This document shows positions 12,473-25,400 of a stretch of 64,000 nt of DNA, one piece after another (within the stretch, counting starts at the first letter, position 1; each line of letters opens with the position of its first letter). The position numbers were made by a program, and so were the translations under genes. This DNA is from Lingula anatina (lineage: Eukaryota; Animalia; Brachiopoda): NCBI GenBank assembly GCA_051362555.1, contig CM120641.1, positions 15,934,001-15,998,000 on the forward strand, given 5' to 3'. The notes below the pieces were generated by a model, which worked only from the letters and a program-made list of their open reading frames with translations, was not told the origin of the DNA and ran no database searches.

Positions 12473-12729
12473 CAGGGGCTGATCCAGGATTATTTGACGG
12501 GGAAGCTGACCCTCGCCCCCCCCCCCCCCCCCCCCCCCCCCCTTGGCGTGGGGTTTAGGGCCCACTAAAGAGCCCCGAAAAATTTTGGCATTTTAGAGGG
12601 TGAACGGTTTTAGAACTATGATTCAGCTAGTCAAAATTCTAATTTCAAGAGGGGACCATTGGTGTGATTTTTTCAGAAATCGGTGGGGGGGGGGGGGAGG
12701 GGTCAGGACCCCCACTATCTCCGCCACTG
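12473..12729. mobile_element. MITE with CAG(G/T)GGC.GA termini and 5-bp TSD TAGTG (hAT5-like)
   Basis: tagtg|caggggctgatccagg ... tctccgccactg|tagtg; internal poly-C and poly-G runs. Confidence 0.7.
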
Positions 12730-15539
12730 TAGTGGGTACATGCCCCTGCATCATTCTCACTCTTATTTCTACACAAATACTTACCATACATCCCTAACAA
12801 ACTGGAGATTAAGAATGTAAAAATAGAGTCTGGAAAAATTTAGAAGAGGTCTTCCCCTGGTAAATCTGAAGATAATGAAAAATAAAACACAACATGGGTG
12901 TTTCATGATGTTTAGCATTTTTTCAGTGTTTCAAAAGAATAAATTCATTTTACAGAGTTTTAGTAGAATTGACTTTTGAAATCTAAAATAAATTAAAATA
13001 AAAGTTTGGATTTTTTTTCTGTACAAATTTGTTTATTGCCAATGTGAAAATGTAAAGAAAAAACTCACTTTCTGGGCAACGAACCTTATTAACTGCGTTT
13101 ATGTTAGTATAGGTTATCACTTACGTTTGCCAAAAATATTAAAGCCGACAGAAATGATAGATTTTAGAATTAGACAATTGCAATATCATTTTGTTTTGAA
13201 GCTAGACTTTTATTGTAAGAAACTGAAATGCGTGAAATTTTGTCGGTCATCATGCAGGCACAAACAAGACTAGGGGTTGGTGACGCAATGATAACGCGTT
13301 TGAATTCTGATCATGCTTATTAGGTTCGATGTCTACCTAGGGCACATTTAAAGGGAATTTCTTAGTTGTGTGTATGTATTTCTCCGTAAAAATGATGGAG
13401 TGCTTACCGACGGGTATTCACATGTATCTACAAGACTAGAATGACACTCGTGCTTTCCCTTGTTGACTCATGAATGAAAGCGTACTGATGTTATATCAGT
13501 CACAATTGGGACTTTTTGCCTTTTTTATCAATTACAAGTCATGGACACATATTTCATGAACATATTTGAGATAAAAATGAAAAAGTGTAAGGACTTAAAG
13601 AAACTGATGTAAGATTTTAATATGTAAAAATTATGGACCACTAGAAACACTGGGTCCTAGCTTTTACGCAAAACAAGAAGTCAAATAAGGAGTTTTTTGT
13701 TTAATAGGAGCCGATTTTGATAGGGAGAATGCACGTATGAATAAATTAATCAAAGTCTGCAAATATCTGATATTTGGTGTATTGAGAAAAACCCATTGCG
13801 CTGTGAAGGAGTTGAAAGTGACCCACTGCGTTCGAGATTTTTCTTTGTCTGGTAAAGTCTATCAGTTTGATGAAAGTACTTTGGCAATGTATGATAACTA
13901 CATGTGTTTAATTGTAGGACCTACCAGTGTGGTAAAAAACTAGAAAAACACACTCTTAACATTATTTTAAAACTTGCACTCTATCATCTTCATAAACTCT
14001 TATTGGCAAAGTTACAAACAAAATATTATTTTAAGAACAATTTGGTAAATTGAGGGAGCTTGACATTCAAACAGCGTTTAGTTGATGGTCATTTTTGCTC
14101 GTTCCACGGTTTTATCTGTATTTTATTAATGTTAAAATAGCTGAAACAGGACGGCATACAATATCCTTGCTTTGTCCACTCCCCAGGGTCCGCTTTATTT
14201 GTTTCCAGTGGATGGTCAACTCGTACATAATTTAATTATACAGTATACCGCGGTTTAGCATCCCATCAATTATTTGATAAAAGAGGTGAGGAGTAGGCAC
14301 ACCTAATTGAATGGTAAATTTTCATCAGTCCTAGGATCGCGTCTTGCTATCATTAACATGTTTTCGTTTGAAATGAAATAATTAACAATTAAGACCAAAC
14401 TTGTAATAAACACATTTTCTTGGAGAAAAGGGATATATGTGTGGAACAAGGTGGCTGAATACAAAACATTTACGGAATTCGAACATCGATTCGAAGACCC
14501 AAATAAGTGATAATGGAAAACAGAAAGATATATGACGAATTACACTTATATACAAGAAAACATTCTACACATGTATACTAATCGGTGACTGATTAATGAC
14601 CATTTGGCGTTAAAATATATGGTTTTGTTGCTACCTATAAACCTAAAATCACTTGAGGGGACTTGATAACAATTTGACAATATTTGACAATATTTTTGAA
14701 TTTCCAAGCCTCTTTTCAGGAAACACGGGTGCACATTTTTTAAGAAACACTCAAGTTATCCAGGTACTTGTAGGCCCAGCAATTTACCGACAATTTCGTT
14801 GAAACTGATGAATTTGTTTGAATAAACCTTTCTGTGATATATGATCTTCTTCGCAAAGAAAAGTAAAAAAAGGCGTCCTTTGTGATTGAAAATCTCTCGA
14901 TGTCTCGTTTAATTTATTCTGTAAAGATGTTCAGAACAGTAGGCCTACACAAACGGAATTCAGACTCCGAAATAAAAATCTAAAAAAGTCAAAATTAACG
15001 AAATATTTTCACAGGCGTAATAGTAATGGAATAAAACACCATATTTACAACTAGAAGAGAATAAATAAAAAAACTCTCAAGTAGTAGTTTGAAATTTTAA
15101 AACAATTTAGAAATTTTAGATTTTTTTTATATGAGTGTGTTAGAGGCGCCAGTTTGTGTCACAATCCATCTCTAACGTGTTGCGAGCAGAAAATTTAATT
15201 TGGGATCTAAATTTACACCAGGACCCACCAAATATTTGATGGATCCTAACTTAACAGCACGAAGAGTGATTTTAAATTATACAGGGAAAATCATTTTCAA
15301 CTGAACGGATTGGAATTTTAAAAAAATCTATGCTAAATGATCACTTTTCCTTGAAAAAAAAAATCTATTGAAACAACCAAAATTTCAAACATGCATAACT
15401 GTTAAACAATGACAATAAAAAAATCGCCCAAAAAGAAAATTTCAGAACAGTCCTAGTCTGGTAACAAAGGACATTTGGCTTTCCATGACACGCTTTACGC
15501 ATTTTTTTTTCGGAATTCCATCGCACCTAACGTCGGCTC

Positions 15540-15727
15540 TTCCATCTAATATCCCACCCCCTCCGCTACCAAACAAGATGGCCGCAGTAGAGCTAGTGAT
15601 GTGATTACATGGCATTGGGCTGGAAAAGGCAGCAAAATGGATGGAAATACTTCAGACCACAGTACTTCGATAAGTGAAGCTGCTGTAGCATCTTGGCAAC
15701 AATGTTGGGAGAATGAAATTAATTTAG
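15540..15727 (+). promoter_or_regulatory. Promoter / first exon of the CAP-Gly gene
   Basis: CpG-richer patch, YY1-type AAGATGGCCGC near 15576, strong donor TTAG|gtaaga at 15727, ATGs near 15578, 15609 and 15637. Confidence 0.6.
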
Positions 15728-16475
15728 GTAAGAGAAATTTGAGTTCATTGAACTGAAGAAACTTAACCGGTGACAAGAACCAACTACGGTGAGCAGTGCA
15801 ATCTAAGAGAGTAAGAAGCTTTGTCGTTTTGAACTGGGGAAATAGAATTAAGTTCACTAAAATCGTTGAATTAATCCAGTCACATGTTGTTAGCATGTTT
15901 TGTATCGTTTGTGAGCATTTTTTTACATTAAACTATCGCTGAATTCATGTCCTTAACTAACAGATTTGAACATCGGCGATTGTTTTTGTTATCATTGTTT
16001 TGCAATGTATAAGTTCGGTGCCGGTGAAGAAGTCAGTTATGTATGCTTATAATTTTCAGATCTAAGTACCAACATGATGTAACAACGTACCTCAATGATA
16101 TGTCAAGAAACAAGTCATTAACATTGAACTTTCCAAATGTTTTTCAATATGTCCATTAAACTATGACAGTATGAGCACTAAGTGCTAATTTACATATTAG
16201 TTCAGTAGTTCCAAGTTGACAGCATAAAAATAAGTAGATTTGATGTCCAGTGCCTATTAAAAGCTTCTGATTATATTCTTAAACTTGTTGAATAATATTG
16301 GTCAGTTCTTAGGATTTTATATAAATATTGTGGTCTTGTAACTTAATATTACTGGTACCCAATGAAGAGGCAAGAAGTGATCATATTTTAATAAAAAATG
16401 AATTAAATTAAATGTTGTAATTTGTCCAAGGACAACTACACTGTGGTATAAAAAGATGCTTTATTAAAAACAACC

Positions 16476-19400
16476 ATGGCACTGAAAGAATTTGACAAAC
16501 AAGAAAGGTTAGCTTAAATATCTTTTCAAACTCATTACAGCTTTACCATATGCAACCTTTGATAAGAAGGTCAAAGTTTGTTATTAGGTTGTAGACTATA
16601 CTAAAATATGAATATCTTAATGTTGTCTCTTGAATTGAATCATTTTCTGTTTAGCTGTCTTAACAGGGAGTGTTAGTAGTAACTCTGATTTTCAACAGGT
16701 GACAAACATAATTGATCTCCGTAGTTTGATCGATTTATTGTGTTTATACAAAGTTTAAGTTAAATAGCCCTTTGCAGTGACTGGAATGACTTGGCAATGC
16801 ACAGGTTATTCCTAGTGTTCAAGAGATGTAGAAAAGCTTTTGTGGTGGTGGTGGTTGCCTGTATCTAACTCTGGTCATGATGATACCCAGTTAACAGGGA
16901 GATAATCACCCAGACAGCACAGAAAACAATCAACTGACACTATCTGCATCATAGTATTCCTTTCTGTGTGCATTTTAGACTATAATTTCACTCCCATATT
17001 TACTATTTGTGTAATGTTCAGAGATATTCAACCTAGAAATTGTAATGGCATTAGTCAACAAAACTACTGTCACAGGTGAAAGTTCGAATTTATATTGTGG
17101 TTGAGTTGGTAATGAAACCCAGTTTGTTACTCCAACTACCTTTGGCATTTATGTGATCGGGTTCTATTTCATTACTGTTTAACCTATGTGAAAACAGGGT
17201 CTTATCTATTGTTTGCGGTGTTCAAATACTGGTTAAGGGCTGTTGAATTTTAGTATTGATGTGAGTTTAAAATGTAAACATTTAAAAAGCTCCACATATG
17301 TAAAATTGGAACTTGGTCACCTTGCAATGCAATTACGACAAGTTGGTAATTGCACTGAAGTCCACTGAAGATTTGTTCTGCAAGTGATCACACGACATTG
17401 TTAAACCTGATATTCCTTACAGTCAGAGATTGCATGGGTATTTACACATGGACATTCTTGTCTTTAAAACCTGCTACCTGGCAGAGAAGAGATATTAAAT
17501 TCTTCCTGTGCTTCCCTGACCAAGTGGGCTGTTTGTTCCCATTACTATTGACCTCATGTAAGACATCTTTTCAAAGTCAGCAGGCCAGAAACTGCAAAAG
17601 TTGCACCACTAATAACTGCCTTTGTACTGAAAAGAAGAAGGGGCAGTGGACAGTTGTGAAATAGCTGGGTTGGTATTGCAGGAAAGTTTTGCACAATGCC
17701 CACGCAGTATGATGCCTGTAGCCTGCTTGGCTTTCTATGTAGTATGTATAAAGTCAGGCTCCTTGAAGATATTTATCAAGTTTCTCACAAATAAGGGAGG
17801 AAAGCAAGACCTGAGCACCTCGGGGAAATAATCAGACATCATTTAATAAACTGACTGGCTTGCAAAATCTGTCCATGGTTTGCTGTTGAATGGGTAAAGG
17901 ATGGCTATTGAAGCTGGCTTTGTCCCTTGGCAAACAGAGAGGTACAATAGACTGAAGTGCTATTACTGAACCTGCTGTTGGGTCAGGCAGGTCTTCCATT
18001 TGCTTTTCATCTCATGAACTGTTGCATAGGCTCTGGCGGATTTCGACATTCCCTCTCAAGTTATTGTAAAAAGATGTGTGACTGACAACCAAGGACATAT
18101 TTTATCTTCATCTTGCTGTCAGTCAGCATTGGCATATTATTATGATAATTGTTGGTGGGGGGTCATGAGTTTGTACTGCCAACAGTGGCTATATATGTAT
18201 AGTTTAAACATCCAAACATGGCAGAGGGTTGTTTTGCTGAATATTTTACACTCAGAACAGGAAATATTGACCATGTACCAACATAAATAAATTGCATTTA
18301 ATGAAAGGGTGAGGGATTTTTTATACTTGCATCATTGGTAATTTTAAGTTAATATATTTTAGCTGTTAACTCATGAACAAAAATACTAATATTGATTTAG
18401 GGAAAGGTGGAATAAGTGATTTTTTTGATGGTGACATGTTTTAGGCAATTTTTGGTTTGTAGTTTTCAATGTCTGTTAGTTCCTTCAACACAATTTCAAG
18501 CTTGAAAAAAGATCAGTTTAGAAATATCTTTACTGTTAATCTTGTAATCATGCCAAGGGACCATTTTAGTACTTTTTTCCTTTTGTAAAAAAAGGGTAAA
18601 AGGTTCTTATTTTCTCTCTTAGTTGGCAGAAGTAAAGCTAAAGCAGGAAATAATCAGACAAACATCCTACAGAATGGCGGTACCTGCAGGGTAGATCTCA
18701 ACAACTGGATTGGTGCCTTTTTTTGGCCGTACAGTCCTGCTTATATATGTGCACGTACAAGCAACTAACCCAGTTCTTATTCCCCATACAGCTCTTGTGA
18801 TTTGCCTAGTGGTGGTAAAAAAACTGACTCGCTCACACTCTCAAACTTGCACAACATGGCTTGGTTCTCAGCTCAGCTCTCGGCTACAGAAGTGAAAATA
18901 CAAAACCAGCACATAGGGCAAGTTTTTGTGTAGCTTGCTGATGGAGTATTGCCAAGTGGCTGACGTCAACTCGGCCTCCATTAGCTGTTGAGGAGTTGAT
19001 GTGGTAGATTTAAGCAGAAGGAGCAACTTGGGGCCACAGTTTTTAATGGAGATATGTGGATTCTTGAAGGTACAGTCAGCGGATGCTTGAGTTTTTTCTT
19101 AGAAGTTTTCTTCTCACTTTTTTGCTCTCAAGTTTGTAATTTTATATTTTTCTATTTTTTGTGACTTCCATGCATGCATATGTGCAAAAGCAGATTCTGG
19201 ATAGGATATGTTTGGGAGACCAGGCCTCTTGCTGACTGTGTTTGATTTATAGATAATTCAGTAATCTATAATATGTTCAAAACTATAAATAGACCATTTG
19301 ATTGTTATATATAAATTCTCCATAGGACATAAAGGAGAATATTTGAAATTGTGTTTTATTACTTGAGGCCAAGCATGCTGTGATGCAGCTGACCAATGTG

Positions 19401-22400
19401 CAAGTCTTGTTAAATTTTATGTGCTGATAGAAACAGTTCACTGGGGTTATAAAAAAGATTTATGCTTTAACCTTTTATAAATTTCAACAGCTTCATTTCA
19501 GGGCCACAGGACCCAACTCATAGGGCAAACCCATAGTTTCTCCGAGCCTGACAACGTCAGCAAAATTTTTTTAGGGTATCTTAACGGTATTGGTGTTGAT
19601 GTCAGCGTAAGGCTGCATTAGGTTTATGGGATAGAAATAAGACCTATGTCTTTTTGCACAAAGTATTTAAGGTGTAGAACTAAAATTTTTGCCTTATACC
19701 CTAAGATCATTTATCCTGATAGATAATGATTTGGGTCACGGTTCGAATAATTGCCGTAGTGTGACTGCATGAGAATTTCTGCTAACTGGTTTCAATAAGT
19801 CCAGCTAGCGAGCTGGATTTTTTTACAGCAATTTGAATAACTTACTGAAAGCAGCGCGTGGTCAGGGTCTTACTGCGCATGTGTGCACAAAATGTGCGTA
19901 GAAAGTTAAACTTATTTTGTGATTTTCTGCTATTTAAATATAAGTGCTGGAAATGCTGTTTTGAGTTTCACAAACAATTACAAATAAAGACAGACAGCAA
20001 AAAATCAGAGTACAAATAGAGCAGCAAGTACATGGGATTCGGTTATGCTTTGCAGTGTTTGTGTACAGGGATGCAAATTAATTCTTACCAGAAATTCGAA
20101 TTTGAAATACCTGGTATTGTGAACCAGTTATTAATGTTAAAGTATAAGACAGATATAAATAAAGACAGGATGAGTGAGGTTTACGTGGTGAGGCCATCTG
20201 TTAAAGCAATGGCCATCATAGAATGCTCTATCTTTGGCTTGTTGAGTGTTTGATATGAATATGAAGGTTATGACAGATAACCTGGTCATCTAAATGGTGT
20301 TCCATTAATGATGACAACTTGACCTTGACCTACATTTTAAATAGTTATCAAATCATATTTATTAAAAAAACCCCGGTAGTTAGATGTACATATATATTTG
20401 CACATTTTTTTCCGCAAAATAGATTTAATGTTGTGTTGTGGGTCAGATTTGGATTCTATAAAAATGAGATAGAAAGCAAATGAAATGGAATTTTTGTTAG
20501 CTAAATATGTGTAGTCTCGACAGCATCCCTAGATTCTAGATTCTATTTACCTTGGTTGAACAGCTATATTCTCCTTATTGGGGATGTTAACTTATCATCA
20601 TTGGGACCAACCAATCGAATAGCTCATCACATTTGACTGACAACAATTTAAAACAAAAATGTTGGAGCTGTACTTAGATGAGAAAAATAGGCTCTGATTG
20701 GGTGGTCAGATTTTTAACACATTAGGCATGTATTTTTCGTAGCTGTGAGGAGAAGCTTCGCAGGTTTGATGACACAGGCGTACCATCAGAGTTTATGTAT
20801 GTATGTACAAGTGATTATCCCCTTTGTATAAAGCCAAGAAAATTGGAGGTGGTGATAGATTCATGAAAAACCTGTACCTTGTTTAAATTGTAGATAAGTT
20901 TTCTGAATTCCTTGTCTGTTTTGAATTGCTTGTATTTTGCTTGTTCAAAATTAGATTTTTTTGAAAGATTAAAGCAAAGAGGAAATTGAAGGAAGATTGT
21001 ATAGTCGAAACTTTCTTACTAAATTCGGCACATGGAATACATTAGTGTCTTGTATTAAGAATTGAATCTTCATGAATAGGCTCTGGTTTTCTCTTTTTTT
21101 CTTCTCTTCTTTTTTTCTTAAGTGCAGTCTCCTGGGTGTTTCAGATTATAGTTGATTGGAAGAATATTGTTCTCTTCTTTATATGGGGTTGATGGGGATG
21201 GGACCTATAAAGAATGTTACATAATCTGGGATGTGAAATTGACTTGCAAGAAGAGGTCTTTTTTGGTGGTCATGGGAGACAAATACGAGAAGTTTATATT
21301 GAACTGGTATCATAATCAAATTGGCAGGACTCCTTGCAGTTAATTTGAATAGCCATTAATTGGAATTGCCTTATATTTTGTTAAATTGTCCATGCTTTTT
21401 GGAACTAAGTACAAGCAAGAGTGTTGCAGTATATTCTGTGATTCTGTGGAAATTTTGGTTACTCTATGAATTGAAGGATTAGATTATAAAACTGCCATTC
21501 AGGAGTATATTAAGCTATTGTAGCCACTTCTAATTCTAAAAGAACTCAGGTATGCATTATTTATTTTCCTTGTTGGCTCAGAATTAAGAGTATAGACCCT
21601 GTTTTCCCTTGTGACACTGGGAATAATTTCCTTGCAAGAAAAAATGATTGCTGTGCAAAAATCTATTAGTTTTAAGAGGCAAGACTGTCTCAGTATTCAC
21701 TTTTCTCAGTATTTTCACAACTGAATTTCATTTGTTGGCTCCAAAATCTCAAATTGTGCTTTTTTCAGGTTGTCTGGAAATTGCTGCCTTTCAGTTTTTT
21801 CGAGTTAGCCTGTGTCTGCCAAGATGGAAAAAGCGTTTTTTAAATACATCAGAGGGTGTGCCTTAAAATATATTTGTGAGATGTTTGACCATGCACTGAC
21901 TGAGGTCAACTGCTCTGTACACTTAACATTAAACACAGGCTCATTTTCAGTTAAAAAAGCTTCAAGATTTTTCTGTGGTGTTCCATGCTCATAAAGAAAG
22001 CCCACGATAAAAGAAAACCAAGACTTGAAGTAATCAGGTTAGGAGGAGGAAAAAAATGCCTGTTTTGGCAGCCCTTACCAACATCATGTGAAGTTGGTTA
22101 CCACAGTGAGTTGTAATAGAATCTGCCAGCCCAGATCAGCTTTACATGTTTGCGTCAGGGGAAACTGATGCAGTTGATCAAACTCCACCATACTGGGTTT
22201 GCTGGAGGAGATACTGAGGAGGAGGGGGGGGGGGGGAGGTAATTATGATATGATCAAGGATGATAGATGAGTTGGATAAAATTGATGATGGATGCATAAA
22301 GGTATTCTATCATCATTTTGCTGAAAGATAAAAAGGGGGGCCGTACTGATGTAAAAAATGAATGGTCAAAGCTTGCATAATGAAAAAAAAAGAAACTTTC

Positions 22401-25400
22401 AAAAGAAAGTATTGATTTTGTAAACCTCTCTTCATTGGTGCTACATAATATTTCTGTGGGTTTGCCAAGCCTGTTTAGAGTGAAGCAAACTAGAGAGATG
22501 GAAATTGACATTATTTCTGAAGTATAAAATGTCAATTGAAATATTTACAGAAAACACAGTTACATCCCCAGTTAACACTAAACATGCAATGAATGTTCTT
22601 AAGTAAGTTGATGAAACCACAGAGTTTGAACTTCAGGATTAATGAACCTCAAGATAAATATACTGTTAACAGGATCATTCCCTTGGTTCCATATTGTTTG
22701 GCCAACTTTTTTGTTTGTTTATTTAGTTAAAAATGGCAGCATATGACATGAACAACTGCACGTACAGAAGTGCACACAGTCTCCAAATTGAATTACATTG
22801 AATTAACAAAATTGCATCAGAGATCTTTTCTTTCATTATCATTTATATATAATATGAAATGATGACTATAGTACTTGTAAACCAAACTCATGTTGTTATG
22901 ATGTGAGTTAGGTACTTACTTTGTGTATGATGATTCCAGGCAGTGTCAGTGATTGCAACTCTCTGGCTGGAGAAAAAAGAGACTACAGCCCAGGCGTTTC
23001 TAGTCACTTTCACTAACTCTGATATATTGTATGATTCTAGGCAGTGCCAGTGAGTTGAATGGGCTGGTAGAAGACAAGGAGATTGCTGCCCAGGCTGTTG
23101 CCTTTGTGGTAAGCAGCACAAGGAAAGGCATAGTACCACTCTGCTCAGATGTAGCCAAGCTATTGAGACAAAAGAAAAGGTGAGGTGATATCTCAGTTAT
23201 TGTACCACCAGCGTTAGCGCTGGCGGTACACATGGTTTCGGTCCCGTCCGGATCGTTCCGCCGGCTCCGCCGGACGGCTACCGTTACCACTTCTCCTCCT
23301 AGACGGTAAGGGCCCCCGTACCCATCTCATGGATTTAGGTCACCTATAATCTCAACTCGTTCCACGTAAAATTTGGGCTTTGTCGGTATTGGGGTCTGGG
23401 TGTGGCACTCATTGCAATGCACCCTTGTCTAAAAATGGCAAAATTAAATGCTAATTATCTACCCTACGGAAGGAGTTATGGGAAAAATTTCTATAGACGG
23501 CTTTCCAAAAGTCATATGTGTAGATTTCAAATATACCCTTGGATTTGACCTTTGACCTCTACTTCAAGGTCAAATGGGCCAAAATTTTTAAAAAAATGAA
23601 ATTTTTTACGAAAAAATTTTTTTTTTGCCCTGTTATTCAGACACCACACAGACTTAACCAATAATATTATTGGAAAGTGTTACCCTTCAGGTCATCTTTC
23701 ATCTCCATGAATTTGGGGTCAATCAGTGCATTTTCACGGGAGTAGCGGCCATAAGATACCGAAACTGAAAACTGTCTCTAATTCGGGAACCGTTAATGCT
23801 AGAGACCCATTCTTTTTTGCATTTTGTAGAGCATGTAAAGCCCAACACTGGAGGTGGTCTCGGTTTTTTTGTATTCCATACGGTTTTCGAGTTACGCTCT
23901 ATCAAAAAGTACATATTGGTGGTAAAAGCAAAATGTGCAGTACGGTAATGGATAATAAATTTTGAACTCTGGAAAAACTAGAGGATCAGAGAGGCGATAC
24001 CGCCTCCGAATATTGTACCACCAGCTGGAGCAAGCGCATTCGTATAGACCCCCACATATACAAAATAAGGAACACAGCCACCAGTCTTGTGCTTGACAAG
24101 CTGTAAAAATGCAATCAATATATATATAACTAAAAATGGTACAATCAAAGTTAAGTTCATTGTAAGGTAGGTCAAAGGTCAATTCCAAGGTCACAGTTAA
24201 TTGCCAATATATGACTTCCTATTCAACTTCAATAGAAACTATGGGCCTATCTCTGCCAGGTTTGGAGTTAAAAGAGAAAGAAATTAGCAGAGTTCAGTTC
24301 ATGATAATAAGTAGGTCAAAGGTCAATTTCAAGGTCACACTTAGATTGCCAGTATATGACTTCCTATTCACGTTCAATAGTAACTATGGACCTATCTCTG
24401 CCAGTTTTGGAGATAAAGGGGAAGCAAAATATGCAAAGTTCAGTTCATGGTGAAAAGTAGGTCAAAGGTCAATTTTAAGGTCACTTTTAGATTGCCAGTA
24501 TATGACTTCCTATTCAACTTCAATAGAGACTATGGACCTATCTCTGCCAGTTTTGGAGATAAAAGGGAATCAAAATTTGCAAAGTTCAGTTCATGGTGAA
24601 AAGTAGGTCAAAAGTCAATTTTAAGGTCACATGTAGATTGCCAGTATATGACTTCCTATTCAAGTTCAACAGAGACTATGGACCTATCTCTGCCAGTTTT
24701 GGAGATAAAAGGGAAGCAAAATTTGCAAAGTTCAGTTCATGGTGAAAAGTAGGTCAAAGGTCAATTTTAAGGTCACATTTAGATTGCCAGTATATGACTT
24801 CCTATTCAACTTCAATAGAAACTATGGACCTATCTCTGCCAGTTTTGGAGATATAAGGGACTAAATGGTATAATTTTGGAGTTACCATAATGTGCCATAA
24901 ATTTCCTACAGAAAAAATTAATTAAATTAAAGAAAAGGTCATTTTGGTCAAAATTCTTGAAATGGGAGGTGCTCTGAAGTTCCAGATGTTCAAATTTGAT
25001 GAAATAATGTCATTTTTGACCAAAAGTTGTCTGCTTTGCCAAGCCTTATGTTTTATTTTTCCGGAGTTCAAAATTTAATTTCCATTACCATACTGCACAT
25101 TTTGCTTTCACCACCAATATGTACTTTTTGATACAGCGTAACTTTGGAGATAAAAGGGAAGCAAAATTTGCAAAGTTCAGTTCTTGGTGAAAAGTAGGTC
25201 AAAGGTCAATTTTAAGGTCACATTAAGATTGCCAGTATATGACTTCCTATTCAACTTCAATAGTAACTATGGACCTATCTCTGCCAGTTTTGGAGATAAA
25301 AGGGAATCAAAATTTGCAAAGTTCAGTTCATGGTGAAAAGTAGGTCAAAGGTCAATTTTAAGGTCACATGTAGATTGCCAGTATATGACTTCCTATTCAA

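Noticed and set aside
12830-15530. Possible decayed transposon or hidden MOCS2B exons
   Set aside because: No TIR pair, transposase motif or MoaE-like peptide could be identified by eye.
18622-18700. Candidate coding exon after a good acceptor in the long intron
   Set aside because: Not needed for phase continuity, no homology cue; cannot be supported without RNA data.
19540-20510. Relics of older Helentron-like repeats (ttgaccttgacc motif)
   Set aside because: Too degenerate to delimit without alignment.
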